Shown piece by piece: positions 13,312 through 29,948 of a stretch of 64,000 nucleotides of DNA. The translations under genes and the position numbers were made by a program. The stretch comes from an uncultured Candidatus Rokubacteria bacterium (GTDB taxonomy: Bacteria; Methylomirabilota; Methylomirabilia; Rokubacteriales; CSP1-6): the NCBI GenBank assembly GCA_963754315.1, contig CAVWFS010000019.1, forward strand, positions 384,001 to 448,000, written 5' to 3'. The notes under the pieces were generated by a model. That model made no database searches. It worked only from the letters and a program-made list of their open reading frames with translations, and was not told where the DNA came from. Each line of letters begins with the position of its first letter. Within the stretch, counting starts at the first letter, position 1.

Positions 13312-13779
13312 CTACCAGCGATAATGGGCGAACGCCTTGTTCGCCTCCGCCATCTTGTGGGTGTCCTCGCGCTTCTTCACCGCGGAGCCGCGGTTGTTGG
13401 CGGCGTCCAGCAGTTCGGCGGCGAGCTTGTCGGCCATGCTGCGTTCGGGACGGCGGCGGGCGGCCCCGATCACCCATCGCATGGCCAGCGATGTCCGACG
13501 GTCGGGGCGGACCTCCACGGGCACCTGGTACGTGGAGCCGCCGACTCGCCTCGACTTCACCTCGACGGCGGGTTTCACGTTGTCGATGGCCGTCTTGAAC
13601 ATCTTGAGCGCTTCCTGCTTGGTACGGTCCTCCACCGACGACATGGCAACGTACATGATGCGCTCGGCCACCGACTTCTTGCCCCGGATCATCATGATGT
13701 TCACGAACTTGGCGACGAGACGACTGCCGTACTTCGGGTCGGGCAACACCTCGCGCTTGGCCGCCCCTGCCCGCCGCAT
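13312..13779 (-). CDS. rpsG: 30S ribosomal protein S7
   Basis: [14 protein letters not shown]...[13 protein letters not shown]. Confidence 0.98.
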   Translation of the reverse strand: MRRAGAAKREVLPDPKYGSRLVAKFVNIMMIRGKKSVAERIMYVAMSSVEDRTKQEALKMFKTAIDNVKPAVEVKSRRVGGSTYQVPVEVRPDRRTSLAMRWVIGAARRRPERSMADKLAAELLDAANNRGSAVKKREDTHKMAEANKAFAHYRW

Positions 13780-13782
13780 CGC

Positions 13783-14163
13783 CTACGCCCCACCCTTCGG
13801 CGTCTTCATGCCGTACTTGGAGCGACTTTGCTTCCGATTGGCCACGCCCGCCGTGTCCAGAGTGCCCCGGATGATGTGATAGCGAACGCCGGGCAGATCC
13901 TTCACGCGCCCGCCACGAATCATGACGATCGAGTGTTCCTGGAGGTTGTGACCGACGCCGGGGATGTATGAGGTGACCTCGAGGCCGTTGGTGAGCCGGA
14001 CACGCGCCACCTTGCGAAGGGCCGAGTTCGGCTTCTTGGGTGTCGTCGTGTAGACGCGGATGCAGACGCCCCGCTTCTGCGGACACGCTTGCATGGCCGG
14101 CGTCTTCGATTTCTTGCGCACGGCTTCCCGACCCTGGCGAACGAGCTGATTAATCGTCGGCAT
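13783..14163 (-). CDS. rpsL: 30S ribosomal protein S12
   Basis: [12 protein letters not shown]...[10 protein letters not shown]. Confidence 0.99.
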   Translation of the reverse strand: MPTINQLVRQGREAVRKKSKTPAMQACPQKRGVCIRVYTTTPKKPNSALRKVARVRLTNGLEVTSYIPGVGHNLQEHSIVMIRGGRVKDLPGVRYHIIRGTLDTAGVANRKQSRSKYGMKTPKGGA

Positions 14164-14201
14164 AGTTCTCCATCACCCGGTAACAGCGACAAAACCCTAA
14201 C

Positions 14202-14230
14202 TTTATACCTGAAAAGGCCCTACCTGTCAA
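14202..14230 (-). promoter_or_regulatory. Sigma70-type promoter of the rpsL (str-S10-spc) operon
   Basis: TTGACA-17 nt-TATAAA on the minus strand about 40 nt upstream of the rpsL ATG. Confidence 0.85.
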
Positions 14231-14231
14231 T

Positions 14232-14267
14232 GTGACGTGGGGGAGCGGTGCCACTCCCCCACGTCAC
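14232..14267 (-). terminator. Strong hairpin downstream of rpoC (terminator-like, no U-tract)
   Basis: 14-bp perfect inverted repeat GTGACGTGGGGGAG / CTCCCCCACGTCAC. Confidence 0.55.
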
Positions 14268-14287
14268 CGTCCTAGCCGGTTACTCTC

Positions 14288-18520
<4,233 letters not shown>

Positions 18521-18532
18521 TCACACTCTCCT

Positions 18533-18596
18533 TTGTAACGAAGACGCCAGACCAGTTCGAATCGCAGGTGGGCTGTTCGAGGCGCGCGTGGCTGCG
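18533..18596. repeat. Single diverged copy of the element amplified between ispD and ispF
   Basis: 18567-18596 matches 30749-30778 at 28/30 nt; both elements begin TTGTAA on the plus strand at nearly the same distance. Confidence 0.7.
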
Positions 18597-18645
18597 TCGC
18601 GCCCGTTCCTTGCCCGTGGTACGCCGTCACCGCTGTGTCTTGTTT

Positions 18646-21600
18646 TCACGATGCCTTTTTCCCGTTCTTCATGACAAGCTCGACATCGAGGGCCAGACTT
18701 TGGAGCTCTTTCACCAGCACGTTGAAGGACTCCGGCGTGCCCGGCTCGAGGAAGTTCTCGCCCTTGACGATGGCCTCGTAGATCCGGTTTCGGCCCTCCA
18801 CGTCGTCGGATTTCACGGTGAGCATCTCTTGCAGGGTATGGGCGGCGCCGTACGCCTCCAGCGCCCACACCTCCATCTCGCCGAAGCGCTGCCCGCCAAA
18901 CTGCGCCTTGCCGCCCAGCGGTTGCTGGGTGACCAGGGAATAGGGGCCGATGGATCGCGCGTGCATCTTGTCGTCGACCAGGTGGGCCAGTTTCAAGATG
19001 TAGATCTGGCCGACGGTGACCTCCTGGTGAAAACGCTTGCCGCTGCGGCCGTCGTAGAGCACGGTCTTCCCCGACGTCGGCAGCTTGGCCTGTTGCAAGT
19101 GCTCCTTGATCTCGCCCTCGGTGGCGCCGTCGAAGACGGGGCTGGCCACCCACAGACCGAGAGCCTTGGCCGCCCATCCCAGATGGGTCTCGAGGATTTG
19201 TCCCACGTTCATGCGCGAGGGAACGCCCAGTGGATTGAGCACGATCTCAACCGGCGTCCCGTCCGCCAGGTAGGGCATGTCCTCCTCGGGAAGGACCTTG
19301 GCCACCACCCCCTTGTTCCCGTGGCGGCCTGCCATCTTGTCACCGACAGACAGCTTGCGCTTCACCGCCACGTACACCTTCACCATCTTGATGACACCCG
19401 GCGGGAGGTCGTCGCCCCGACGTAAGCGGCCGATGCGCTCCTCCAGCATGGTATCGAAGAGGGCGATTTGCTCCTCGGCCAGCTCCTCGATGCGCCGGAT
19501 GGTCTGGGAGAGCCCCTCGTCTTCCTTGATCTTGATCTTTTTGAGATCGTTCCAGCCGAGGTTCTCGAGCTGTCCCCGCTCGATTCGATCGCCCTTCTTG
19601 CCGAGCCGGTTCTGCTTGGCCGTCGGATCGAACAGATCGACCACTAAGGACTTGCCGACCAGGAGGTTCTTCAGCTTCTGGTCGCGCTCCATCTCCACCA
19701 TGGCGATCTCGTCCTGGTAGTCCTTCTCCAGTCGCCCGACTTCCTCCTCCTCGATGGACTTGGCGCGCTCGTCCTTGTCCACCCCGCGCCGCGAGAAGAC
19801 TTTGACGTCCACCACCGTCCCCTCGATCCCGGGGGGCACGGTAAGAGAGGTGTCGCGAACGTCGCCTGCCTTCTCCCCGAAGATGGCGCGCAAGAGCTTT
19901 TCTTCCGGCGTGAGCTGCGTCTCTCCCTTGGGGGTGATCTTGCCGACCATGATGTCGCCGGGCTTGAGCTTGGCCCCGATGCGGACGATGCCGGAGTCGT
20001 CGAGGTCCTTGAGCGCCTCCTCCGACACGTTGGGGATGTCGCGGGTGATCTCCTCCTTGCCCAGCTTGGTGTCACGGGCCTGGATCTCGAACTCCTCGAT
20101 GTGGATGGAGGTGAAGCGGTCCTCTTTGATCAGCCGCTCCGAGACGAGGATCGCGTCCTCGAAGTTGTAGCCGCCCCACGGCATGAAGGCCACCAGCACG
20201 TTCCGACCGAGGGCCAACTCGCCCTGATCGGTGCCGGGGCCATCGGCGATGACGTCACCGGACTGCAGGCGTTGCCCCTTCTTCACGATGGGCTTCTGGT
20301 TGATGCACGTGTTCTGATTCGAGCGGCGATACTTGGTGAGGTTGTAGATGTCCAGGGGAAGATCCTGGACGGGATCGGCCTTCTTGGAACGGCTCTCCGC
20401 CCGCACCACGATACGGTCGGCCGAGACATACTCCACCACCCCGGGCCGCTTGGCCACCATGACCGCTCCCGAATCGCGGGCTACGATGTGCTCCATGCCG
20501 GTGCCGACCAGGGGAGCCTCCGGTTGCAGGAGAGGCACCGCCTGCCGCTGCATGTTGGAGCCCATGAGCGCTCGATTGGCGTCGTCGTTCTCCAGGAACG
20601 AGATGAGGGAGGCCGCCACCGAGACGAGCTGTTTGGGGGACACGTCCATGAAATGAACGTCCTCCGGCACCACCATCCGGAACTCACCGCTCCGGCGGGC
20701 CGAGATACGTTCCTGCACGAAGCGGCCCGTGCGATCGATTTCCGCGTTAGCTTGAGCGATGGTGAACTGTTCCTCCTCCAGGGCCGTCAGGAAGACGATC
20801 TCGTCCGTCACGCGCCCGCCCACCACCTTGCGGTACGGCGTTTCGATGAAGCCGAACTCGTTGGTGCGTGCGTAGGTAGAGAGCGAGGAGATGAGCCCGA
20901 TGTTGGGGCCTTCCGGCGTCTCGATGGGACAGATACGCCCGTAATGGGTAGGGTGCACGTCGCGCACCTCGAACCCAGCCCGCTCCCGGCTCAATCCGCG
21001 GGGGCCAAGGGCCGACAGCCGCCGCTTGTGGGTCAGCTCGGCCAGGGGGTTGGTCTGGTCCATGAACTGGGAGAGCTGAGAGGATCCGAAGAATTCCTTC
21101 ACCACCGCCGACACCGGCTTGGCATTGATGAGGTCGTGCGGCATGAGATTTTGGATGTCCGAGATGGACATCCGTTCCTTGACCGCCCGCTCCATGCGGG
21201 TCAGACCCACCCGGAACTGGTTCTCGAGCAGCTCACCGACCGAGCGTACGCGTCGGTTGCCCAGATGGTCGATGTCGTCGGTGGGCTTGCTGCCGAGCTT
21301 CACCATCATGAGGTGGCGGATGATGGCCACCACGTCCTCGCCGCGCAGGGTGCGCAGATGGGCGGGGGCATCGATGAGGAGCTTCTTGTTGATCATGAAG
21401 CGTCCCACCCGGGCCAGATCGTAGCGGCGAGGGTCGATGAACATTCCCCGGAAGAGGGTCCGTGCCGATTCCACGGTGGGCGGGTCGCCCGGGCGGAGCT
21501 TCTTGTAGATTTCCACCAGCGCCTCGTCCGGATTTTTGACGTGATCGCGGGTCAGCGTCTCCAAGATGGACGCGTCCATCTTCCCCGGGGTGAGGACGAG

Positions 21601-22653
21601 CAGCTTGAAGGCCGCCACCCGGCGGCTCATGATCTGCTGGAGCACCGCCGAAGTGATCTCGGTGTTGGTCTCCACCAGGACCTCGCCGCTGTCGGTGTCG
21701 ACGATGCGGTTGGCCGTCCGGCGGCCCACCAGCGACTCTGCGCGCACGGGAATCTTCTCGATCCCCGCCTCCACCAGCTTCTCGATCAGCTTGCTGGTGA
21801 GGGGTTTGCCGGCCTGAGCGATGGGCTCGCGATGCCGCGGGGGGCGCACGTCGTCGGCGAGCTTGGCGCCCACGTGGGCCTCCGGGTGGAGTTTCACCCA
21901 GGCCGTCCCCTCCTCGAAGGAGAAGACGTCCTCGCGATCGTAGAACTGGGCCAGGATCTCGTCGTCGGAGAGGATGACTCCTTTCTCCAGAAACCAGAAG
22001 GCACGCAGAAAGGCGGTGGCGTGCATCTTACGGCGGCGGTCCACCCGCACGTGGAGTAGCTCGTTGGCATCGAAATCGAACTCTACCCACGACCCACGAT
22101 AGGGGATGACCCGCGCCGAGAACAGCGCCCGCCCGGATGCGAGGGTCTTGCCCTTGTCATCATCGAAGAAGACACCGGCCGAGCGCTGGAGCTGGCTCAC
22201 CACCACGCGCTCCGTCCCGTTGATGATGAAGGTGCCCTTGTCGGTCATGAGCGGCAACTCGCCGAGGTACACCTCCTGGCCGCGCTGCTCGCGGATGGCC
22301 TTGGTCTTCGACTCCTTGTCCTGGTCGTAGACCACCAGGCGCAGGGTCACCTTGAGGGGGATGGCAAACGTCATTCCCCGATCGTGGCACTCCTCCACCG
22401 TGTATTTGGGATCGCCGAAGTGGTAGGAGTCGAACTCGAGGCGGGCGTTGCCGTTGTAATCTTCGATGGGAAAGACCGACTTGAAGACTCCCTGCAGACC
22501 GGCCTCCTCCCGCCGTTCCGACGGGATGTCCTTCTGGAGAAACGCTTCGTACGAGCGCTTCTGAACCTCGATGAGATTCGGAATCTCGACGATAGACGGG
22601 ATCTTGCCAAAGTCCTTGCGGACCCGACGCCCGCACTGAATCGTGCCTGCCAT
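18646..22653 (-). CDS. rpoB: RNA polymerase beta subunit
   Basis: [38 protein letters not shown]. Confidence 0.99.
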   Translation of the reverse strand: MAGTIQCGRRVRKDFGKIPSIVEIPNLIEVQKRSYEAFLQKDIPSERREEAGLQGVFKSVFPIEDYNGNARLEFDSYHFGDPKYTVEECHDRGMTFAIPLKVTLRLVVYDQDKESKTKAIREQRGQEVYLGELPLMTDKGTFIINGTERVVVSQLQRSAGVFFDDDKGKTLASGRALFSARVIPYRGSWVEFDFDANELLHVRVDRRRKMHATAFLRAFWFLEKGVILSDDEILAQFYDREDVFSFEEGTAWVKLHPEAHVGAKLADDVRPPRHREPIAQAGKPLTSKLIEKLVEAGIEKIPVRAESLVGRRTANRIVDTDSGEVLVETNTEITSAVLQQIMSRRVAAFKLLVLTPGKMDASILETLTRDHVKNPDEALVEIYKKLRPGDPPTVESARTLFRGMFIDPRRYDLARVGRFMINKKLLIDAPAHLRTLRGEDVVAIIRHLMMVKLGSKPTDDIDHLGNRRVRSVGELLENQFRVGLTRMERAVKERMSISDIQNLMPHDLINAKPVSAVVKEFFGSSQLSQFMDQTNPLAELTHKRRLSALGPRGLSRERAGFEVRDVHPTHYGRICPIETPEGPNIGLISSLSTYARTNEFGFIETPYRKVVGGRVTDEIVFLTALEEEQFTIAQANAEIDRTGRFVQERISARRSGEFRMVVPEDVHFMDVSPKQLVSVAASLISFLENDDANRALMGSNMQRQAVPLLQPEAPLVGTGMEHIVARDSGAVMVAKRPGVVEYVSADRIVVRAESRSKKADPVQDLPLDIYNLTKYRRSNQNTCINQKPIVKKGQRLQSGDVIADGPGTDQGELALGRNVLVAFMPWGGYNFEDAILVSERLIKEDRFTSIHIEEFEIQARDTKLGKEEITRDIPNVSEEALKDLDDSGIVRIGAKLKPGDIMVGKITPKGETQLTPEEKLLRAIFGEKAGDVRDTSLTVPPGIEGTVVDVKVFSRRGVDKDERAKSIEEEEVGRLEKDYQDEIAMVEMERDQKLKNLLVGKSLVVDLFDPTAKQNRLGKKGDRIERGQLENLGWNDLKKIKIKEDEGLSQTIRRIEELAEEQIALFDTMLEERIGRLRRGDDLPPGVIKMVKVYVAVKRKLSVGDKMAGRHGNKGVVAKVLPEEDMPYLADGTPVEIVLNPLGVPSRMNVGQILETHLGWAAKALGLWVASPVFDGATEGEIKEHLQQAKLPTSGKTVLYDGRSGKRFHQEVTVGQIYILKLAHLVDDKMHARSIGPYSLVTQQPLGGKAQFGGQRFGEMEVWALEAYGAAHTLQEMLTVKSDDVEGRNRIYEAIVKGENFLEPGTPESFNVLVKELQSLALDVELVMKNGKKAS

Positions 22654-22670
22654 ATAGTCTCCTTGATCAA

Positions 22671-22712
22671 CGTCGGGGGGAGCGACCGCCGCTCCTCCCC
22701 GACACCCCCCAC
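22671..22712. repeat. Palindromic repeat module upstream of the rpoB RBS
   Basis: 41/42 identity to 4887-4928. Confidence 0.85.
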
Positions 22713-22780
22713 CGGTTCAGGCGCGACGGGAACTTCCCTCCGCTCTGAACCCCCCGGCCGAGTCGTAGAAGCTTCGCCGA

Positions 22781-23158
22781 CTATTTCACCTGGACGGCGG
22801 CGCCCTGCTCCTCCAGCTTCTTCTTTATGTCCTCCGCCTCGGCCTTGGTCACCTTTTCCTTGACCGCCTTGGGGGCGCCGTCCACGAGATCCTTGGCCTC
22901 CTTGAGGCCGAGCCCGGTCAGCTCGCGAACGACCTTGATGACCTGAATCTTCTTGTCGCCCGTCGCCGACAGGACGACGTCGAACTCCGTCTGCTCCTCG
23001 GCCACCGGCGCCGCCGCTCCCGGCGCCGCTGCCGCCGCCATGGCGACCGGAGCCGCCGCCGACACCCCCCACATCTCCTGGAGTAGCTTGGAGAGCTGGG
23101 CCGCTTCGCGCAGGCTCAGCTGGTTGAGTTGTTCCGCAATCTCCTCGACGGTTGCCAT
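22781..23158 (-). CDS. rplL: 50S ribosomal protein L7/L12
   Basis: [24 protein letters not shown]. Confidence 0.98.
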   Translation of the reverse strand: MATVEEIAEQLNQLSLREAAQLSKLLQEMWGVSAAAPVAMAAAAAPGAAAPVAEEQTEFDVVLSATGDKKIQVIKVVRELTGLGLKEAKDLVDGAPKAVKEKVTKAEAEDIKKKLEEQGAAVQVK

Positions 23159-23182
23159 GCTACCGACTCCTTTCTGTTGGTT

Positions 23183-23707
23183 CTACGCCGTTTCGGCGGC
23201 CGCCTGGCCGCGTTGGTCCAAGACGTACGCGAGGTCACGTTGTACGCGCTCGAAGAGGCCCACCAGTTGAGCGTGGGGCCCCTGGATGGCGCCTACCAGT
23301 TGGCCGCGCAGGGCCGCTCGGGATGGGAGGTCCGCCAAGGCCTTCAGCTCATCGGGGCTCAGAACCTGGCCGTCCACGATGCCCGCCTTCACGGTGAGGG
23401 CCGGAACGATGCGGGTGAAGGTCTGCAGGGCCTTGGCCACTGCCACCGGTTCGTCGCGCGCGATGATGAACCCGGTGGGACCGGTCAAGTGCGGCGTGAT
23501 GCCGGCCAAGCCCGACGAGGACACGGCAAGGCGGGCGAGGCGATTCTTCACCACCTTGTACTCCGCCGACACCGCTCGCAGTTGCTTGCGCAGTTCGGAC
23601 AGCTGTTGCACGGTCAGCCCCCGGTACTCGGTCAGGAACACCGAGCTGATTCCGGCGAGCCGCGTCCTGAACTCCTCGACCGTCTCCACCTTCGCTTGCG
23701 TCGGCAC
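23183..23707 (-). CDS. rplJ: 50S ribosomal protein L10
   Basis: [17 protein letters not shown]...YKVVKNRL...LADLPSR. Confidence 0.97.
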   Translation of the reverse strand: MPTQAKVETVEEFRTRLAGISSVFLTEYRGLTVQQLSELRKQLRAVSAEYKVVKNRLARLAVSSSGLAGITPHLTGPTGFIIARDEPVAVAKALQTFTRIVPALTVKAGIVDGQVLSPDELKALADLPSRAALRGQLVGAIQGPHAQLVGLFERVQRDLAYVLDQRGQAAAETA

Positions 23708-23730
23708 GGTTTCGCTCCTCGCTGGTCGCC

Positions 23731-24438
23731 TTACTTCTTGTACTGGTTGGTGATCCGTTGCGCGTCAACCTTGATCCCCGGCCCCATGGTGGTGGACAGG
23801 GTCAGTGACCGAAGATACGTTCCCTTGGACGCCGCCGGCTTGGCGCGCATGATCGACTCGATGACGGCCAGGGCATTGGCCGTGAGCTGTTCGGCGCTGA
23901 ACGACCGCTTCCCCACCGGTGTATGGATGTTACCGGCCTTATCGACCCGGTACTCGACCTTGCCCGCCTTGGCCTCCCGCACGGCTCGCCCCACATCAAA
24001 GGTGACGGTGCCCAGCTTCGGGTTCGGCATGAGACCGCGCGGTCCGAGGACTTTTCCGAGCCGACCGACCTGCCCCATGAGGTCGGGGGTGGCGATGGTG
24101 GTGTCGAACTCCATCCACCCTCCCTGGATCCGCTCCACGAGATCGTCGGCCCCGATGACATCGGCGCCGGCCTCGCGCGCCTCACGCTCCTTCTCGCCCC
24201 GCGCGAAGACAGCCACCCGCACCGTCCGCCCACGGCCATGGGGGAGCACCACCGCTCCTCGTACCATCTGGTCGGCGTGCTTGGGATCCACACCGAGCCT
24301 GAAGGACAGATCTACCGACTCGTCGAATTTGGCGCGCGGGATCTCCTCCAACAGGGCGATCGCCTCTTCCACCCCGTACTCGCCCTCACCCACCTTGGCC
24401 GCTGCTGCATCGTAGCGCTTGCTCACCGTCGTCGCCAT
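23731..24438 (-). CDS. rplA: 50S ribosomal protein L1
   Basis: KFDESVD...[15 protein letters not shown]...STTMGPG; start at ATG 24438. Confidence 0.97.
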   Translation of the reverse strand: MATTVSKRYDAAAAKVGEGEYGVEEAIALLEEIPRAKFDESVDLSFRLGVDPKHADQMVRGAVVLPHGRGRTVRVAVFARGEKEREAREAGADVIGADDLVERIQGGWMEFDTTIATPDLMGQVGRLGKVLGPRGLMPNPKLGTVTFDVGRAVREAKAGKVEYRVDKAGNIHTPVGKRSFSAEQLTANALAVIESIMRAKPAASKGTYLRSLTLSTTMGPGIKVDAQRITNQYKK

Positions 24439-24466
24439 CGTTGCTCTCTCCCTTGACCGTGTGGCC

Positions 24467-24889
24467 TCAGACCACCTCGATGCCCATGCTGCGGGCGGTG
24501 CCCTCGATAATGCGCATCGCGGCGTCGACCGTGTCGGTGTTGAGGTCAACGAGCTTTTGTTGCGCGATCTCGCGGACCTGCTGCTTGCTCACCTTGCCGA
24601 TCTTGTCCCGGTGAGGCACCGCCGAGGCCTTGGCGATGCCGGCGGCTCGCTTGAGCAGCACAGCGGCCGGTGGCGTCTTGATCACGAAGGTGAACGATCG
24701 GTCCTGATATATCGTGACGACCACGGGCAGGATGAGTCCATCCTGACCGTTAGTCTGGGCATTGAAGCCCTTGCAGAACTCCATGATGTTGACGCCGTGC
24801 TGACCGAGGGCGGGACCCACCGGCGGCGAGGGGTTGGCCTTGCCAGCCGGAATTTGCAGCTTGACCATCGCCTGAACTTTCTTGGCCAT
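24467..24889 (-). CDS. rplK: 50S ribosomal protein L11
   Basis: [26 protein letters not shown]. Confidence 0.98.
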   Translation of the reverse strand: MAKKVQAMVKLQIPAGKANPSPPVGPALGQHGVNIMEFCKGFNAQTNGQDGLILPVVVTIYQDRSFTFVIKTPPAAVLLKRAAGIAKASAVPHRDKIGKVSKQQVREIAQQKLVDLNTDTVDAAMRIIEGTARSMGIEVV

Positions 24890-24891
24890 CG

Positions 24892-25440
24892 CTAGAGTCG
24901 CTCCACCTGGTAGTACTCGAGTTCCACCGACGTGGGCCGACCGAACACGGGCACCACGACTTTCATGCGGCCGCGCTCGGGATTCATGTCGTCGACCACT
25001 CCCTGGAAGTTGACGAAGGGCCCGTCGATGACGCGCACCTTATCGCCGCGCTGGAACACCGACTTGGGCTTGGGCTTCTCGGCCCCGGCCTCCATCTGAC
25101 GCAGGATCTCGTCCACCTGATCGGGCTCGAGCGCCACCGGCTTGGTTCCCGAGCCCACGAAGCCGGTGACCTTGGGGGTGGAACGCACGAGGTGCCAGGT
25201 GTCGTCGGCCAGTTCCATCTCCACCAGGACGTACCCGGGAAAGAACTTCTGTTCGCTCTCGCGCTTCTGCTTGTTACGGACCTCTACCACCTTTTCGGTG
25301 GGGACCAGCACCTTGGTGATCCGCTCGGTCATGCCGAAGATCTTGGCGCGCGAAAGGATCCCCTCCGCCACCTTGTTCTCGAACCCCGAGTACGTGTGGA
25401 CGACGAACCAGCGCCGGCTCGTCGCGGTTTGACTGCTCAT
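24892..25440 (-). CDS. nusG: Transcription termination/antitermination factor NusG
   Basis: [14 protein letters not shown]...[10 protein letters not shown]...KOW domain; ATG 25440 overlaps secE stop. Confidence 0.97.
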   Translation of the reverse strand: MSSQTATSRRWFVVHTYSGFENKVAEGILSRAKIFGMTERITKVLVPTEKVVEVRNKQKRESEQKFFPGYVLVEMELADDTWHLVRSTPKVTGFVGSGTKPVALEPDQVDEILRQMEAGAEKPKPKSVFQRGDKVRVIDGPFVNFQGVVDDMNPERGRMKVVVPVFGRPTSVELEYYQVERL

Positions 25441-25628
25441 CGCAGGATCCTCTGCACCAGCTTCGACAGGCCGATGTCCACCGCGCCCAGGAAGAAGGCC
25501 ACGATCACGGTCAAGGCCAGCACCACCACCGTGGAATTGATCAGCTCCTGCCGGGTCGGCCAAGTCACCCGGCGGAATTCCAGGAGCACCTCCTGCACGA
25601 ATTCCCGCACGCGTGTCACGAAACCCAT
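25437..25628 (-). CDS. secE: Preprotein translocase SecE
   Basis: EFRRVTWPTRQEL plus one TM helix; canonical position. Confidence 0.95.
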   Translation of the reverse strand: MGFVTRVREFVQEVLLEFRRVTWPTRQELINSTVVVLALTVIVAFFLGAVDIGLSKLVQRILR

Positions 25629-25666
25629 GCCTGCCTCAGCCTCGCCTCTTCCGCTCCGTAAGAGAA

Positions 25667-25743
25667 TGGCAGGGGTGGAGGGATTCGAACCCCCATCCCC
25701 CGGATTTGGAGTCCGGTGCTCTAGCCGTTAGAGCTACACCCCT
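25667..25743 (-). tRNA. tRNA-Trp(CCA)
   Basis: Cloverleaf with anticodon arm CCGGA-CTCCAAA-TCCGG, GTTCGAATC T-loop, encoded CCA. Confidence 0.96.
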
Positions 25744-25793
25744 ACCTCGGGCAGCAGCCCGTTGGCCGCTCCCCAATCCACCGGTCCCAGCGC

Positions 25794-25943
25794 TCACTTC
25801 GTTTCGCGGTGGGGCGTGTGTTTGCGGCACCAGCGACAGAACTTCTTGAGCTCCAAACGGTCGGGATGCGTCCGCTTGTTCTTGGTCGTCGCGTAGTTCC
25901 GACGCTGACAACCGCTGCAGGCCAGGGTGATGATGTCGCGCAT
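25794..25943 (-). CDS. rpmG: 50S ribosomal protein L33 (Zn-binding form), 49 aa, absent from the ORF track
   Basis: [49 protein letters not shown]. Confidence 0.96.
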   Translation of the reverse strand: MRDIITLACSGCQRRNYATTKNKRTHPDRLELKKFCRWCRKHTPHRETK

Positions 25944-25947
25944 CGCG

Positions 25948-27141
<1,194 letters not shown>

Positions 27142-27190
27142 GGCTAGAACCTCCCGTACCTATTCACGCCGCCGTTCCTCAGTTCAGAAC

Positions 27191-27266
27191 TGGAGCCCAT
27201 GTCCGGGATTGAACCGGAGACCTCGCCCTTACCAAGGGCGTGCTCTGCCAACTGAGCTACATGGGC
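27191..27266 (-). tRNA. tRNA-Thr(GGT)
   Basis: GCCCATG acceptor stem, anticodon loop TTGGTAA, CCA end. Confidence 0.96.
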
Positions 27267-27277
27267 AAGTGGAACCC

Positions 27278-27352
27278 TGGAGCGGGAAACGGGATTCGAA
27301 CCCGCGACCCCCAGCTTGGAAGGCTGGCGCTCTACCGCTGAGCTATTCCCGC
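27278..27352 (-). tRNA. tRNA-Gly(TCC)
   Basis: GCGGGAA acceptor stem, anticodon loop CTTCCAA, TCCA end. Confidence 0.96.
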
Positions 27353-27439
27353 CCGTCTCGGATGTTTTCGCTCGCACTGCCCCCAACGCTCTTGCGCGGC
27401 TCCGGCCGGTCGCTCCTTCGGGTGGCATCCCCGTCCAAG

Positions 27440-27525
27440 TGGTGGGGAGGGGAGGATTCGAACCTCCGAAGGCGTTCGCCAGCAGATTTACAGTCTGCCC
27501 CCTTTGGCCACTTGGGTACCTCCCC
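27440..27525 (-). tRNA. tRNA-Tyr(GTA)
   Basis: Anticodon loop CTGTAAA, long variable arm, ACCA end. Confidence 0.96.
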
Positions 27526-27576
27526 GAAACTGCCGGCATGCGATGGAATCCCTCGACCACGCGTGACCCGAAACGC

Positions 27577-27651
27577 TGGCGCTGGCGGGAGGATTTGAAC
27601 CCCCGACCCACTGCTTACAAGGCAGTTGCTCTACCCCTGAGCTACGCCAGC
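27577..27651 (-). tRNA. tRNA-Thr(TGT)
   Basis: GCTGGCG acceptor stem, anticodon loop CTTGTAA, ends GCCA. Confidence 0.95.
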
Positions 27652-27665
27652 ACAGACAAAACTTC

Positions 27666-27694
27666 ACTCTACTGGCAAGTTGCGATAGGGTCAA
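27666..27694 (-). promoter_or_regulatory. Sigma70-type promoter of the tRNA-tuf-rplK-rpoBC operon
   Basis: TTGACC-17 nt-TAGAGT, 14 nt upstream of the first tRNA. Confidence 0.75.
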
Positions 27695-28449
27695 GGGGTT
27701 TTGGCCTTCCTCTGGCGCCGAACTTCGTAACAGAGGGCCGCCGCTGCTGCTGCCACGTTGAGCGAGACGGCTGCTCCGACCATCGGGATCGTGAGTAGCC
27801 CATCGCAGGTCCTGGCGACCAAGGGCCGAAGCCCGTCCCCTTCGGAGCCTAGCACGAGGCAGACGGGACCCGTCAGCGAGACCTTCCAGGGAACGACGCC
27901 ACCGTTCGCGGTCCCACCGTATACCCAAATACCCGATTCTTTGAGCCTTTCCAGGACAGCTACCAAGTTACTCTCGCGGGCAACTCGGACCCGCTCGACG
28001 GCCCCCATGGCGGCCTTGGCCACGACTCCGGTCAAGCCCACGGTGTGATGCTTGGTCACAATCACCCCGTGGGCACCGAGCGCCTCGCCCGTTCTGAGGA
28101 GCGCGCCGAAGTTCCTGGGGTCCTGCACCTGATCGAGAGCGAGCAGGAAGGCTGGCTCGCTCCGCGCATTTGGAATCTCCAGAAGAGCATCCAGATCGAC
28201 ATATTCGGCGGCGGCCACGCGCGCCACCACACCCTGGTGCTGAGGCGAGCCCGCGATGGCCGTCAGCTGCTCGCGGGTGCGGAAGGACACCTTGATTCCC
28301 GCGCGGCGAGCCAGTGCTACGACCTCGGCAAGGGGACCGGAGGCTCCGGACAGGACAGCGATCTCGTCCACGCGGCGTCCGCCGCTCCGGAGCAGCTCCA
28401 GCACCGGATGCCGACCCCAGAGGCACTCCTCCGTCAGGTGCTTTTCCAC
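27691..28449 (-). CDS. rlmB: 23S rRNA (Gm2251) 2'-O-methyltransferase RlmB
   Basis: WGRHPV, HQGVVA, QDPRNFGA, LVLGSEGDG, SLNVA SPOUT motifs; start uncertain (GTG 28449 or CTG 28437). Confidence 0.93.
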   Translation of the reverse strand: MEKHLTEECLWGRHPVLELLRSGGRRVDEIAVLSGASGPLAEVVALARRAGIKVSFRTREQLTAIAGSPQHQGVVARVAAAEYVDLDALLEIPNARSEPAFLLALDQVQDPRNFGALLRTGEALGAHGVIVTKHHTVGLTGVVAKAAMGAVERVRVARESNLVAVLERLKESGIWVYGGTANGGVVPWKVSLTGPVCLVLGSEGDGLRPLVARTCDGLLTIPMVGAAVSLNVAAAAAALCYEVRRQRKAKTP

Positions 28450-29948
28450 TTCCAGCGCGTGCCAGCCGGAGTGTCCTCGATCCGGGCCCCCATCCCTTCG
28501 AGATCGATCCTGATTGCGTCGGCGCGGCCCCATTCGCGCCGACCCCTGGCCTCGTCACGCTCAGCCACCAAGGACTCGATCCGGGCCTGGGTAGAAACCC
28601 ACCAATCGGCAGGCCCCTCATCGGACGGCGCCGTGTAGGCGTGAGACGCGCGGGCCCGCACCCGTGCCGCACCATCGGCTGACCGCGGGATGAACCCCCA
28701 CCCCTCGCGTCGAGGAGACGGCCTCTCGAGGAGCCCGAGGACGCGGGCGTGGGAGGTCAGCGCGGCGAGGGCTTCCGAAAAGGGCGCGGCCGCCCTCTTG
28801 CCCAGCACCATCTGGTCACGATACGCGTACAGCTTGCTGGTCAAGTCGAAGATCGCCGCCAGCGCCTGCGGCGTGTTGAAGTCGTCGTCCATCGCAGCCC
28901 TGAACCGCGCCGTGAAGGCCGCAACGTCTTGGACCAGGGTCCCCGCATCGGCTGGCGCGTCACCGTCCACCTCACGCTCGCCACGGACCAGATCGCGCAG
29001 ACGCTCCAAGGCGCGCGCGCTGTCATGCACCCCCTCCTCCGTCCACTCGACCGGAGCGCGGTAGTGCGTGCCGATCAGGTAAAGGCGCAACGCCTCCGGA
29101 TCATGCCGGCCGACGAGATCGCGGATTGACAGAGTGTTGCCGAGCGACTTCGACATCTTTTCGGCGCCGAGATTCACGAATCCGTTGTAGAGCCAGTAGC
29201 GCGCGAACGGCTTACTCGTGCAGGCCTCCGACTGGGCGATCTCGCACTCGTGGTGCGGAAAGACGAGATCCTCACCGCCGCCATGAATGTCGAATGACTC
29301 GCCGAGGTACTGCATGGCCATGGCCGAGCACTCGATGTGCCATCCGGGGCGGCCCCGACCCCATGGGCTCTCCCAGGAGGGCTCACCGGGTTTCGCCGAC
29401 TTCCAGAGGGCAAAATCCCGCGGGTCGCGCTTCCGCTCGTCCACCTCGACGCGTGCCCCGGACAGCAGTTCGTCGAGATTCTTCCCGGATAGCCTGCCGT
29501 AGGGGGGGAAGCGCGCGACTTCGAAGTACACGTCACCGTCGACCACGTACGCCACCTCGCGCGCCAACAGACACTGGATCAGGCTGATCATCTGAGCGAC
29601 GTGGTCGGTGGCCTTGGGCTCCACGTCGGGCTTGAGAACCCCCAGCGCCTCCATGTCCCTCTGATATTCTCTGACGTAGCGCTCGGAGACCTCGAGCGCC
29701 GAGACTCCTTCCTCGTTGGCGCGCCGGATGATCTTGTCATCGACGTCCGTGAAGTTCTTGATGAATCGAACTCGATATCCTGCGAAGGCCAAATACCGAC
29801 GGATGACGTCGAAGGCGATGGCGCTCCGCGCGTGGCCGATGTGTGAGAGGTCGTACACGGTGACTCCGCACACGTAGATCCCGACCTGACCGGGCTCGAT
29901 CGGAGTCAGTTCCTCCTTGCGGCGCGTGAAGGCGTTATAGAGCTTCAT
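28434..29948 (-). CDS. cysS: Cysteinyl-tRNA synthetase
   Basis: [31 protein letters not shown]. Confidence 0.98.
   Translation of the reverse strand: MKLYNAFTRRKEELTPIEPGQVGIYVCGVTVYDLSHIGHARSAIAFDVIRRYLAFAGYRVRFIKNFTDVDDKIIRRANEEGVSALEVSERYVREYQRDMEALGVLKPDVEPKATDHVAQMISLIQCLLAREVAYVVDGDVYFEVARFPPYGRLSGKNLDELLSGARVEVDERKRDPRDFALWKSAKPGEPSWESPWGRGRPGWHIECSAMAMQYLGESFDIHGGGEDLVFPHHECEIAQSEACTSKPFARYWLYNGFVNLGAEKMSKSLGNTLSIRDLVGRHDPEALRLYLIGTHYRAPVEWTEEGVHDSARALERLRDLVRGEREVDGDAPADAGTLVQDVAAFTARFRAAMDDDFNTPQALAAIFDLTSKLYAYRDQMVLGKRAAAPFSEALAALTSHARVLGLLERPSPRREGWGFIPRSADGAARVRARASHAYTAPSDEGPADWWVSTQARIESLVAERDEARGRREWGRADAIRIDLEGMGARIEDTPAGTRWKWKST

Noticed and set aside
27191..27651. Genomic island integrated at the tRNA cluster
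   Set aside because: No duplicated tRNA 3' ends or integrase; the Thr-Tyr-Gly-Thr-tuf order is canonical
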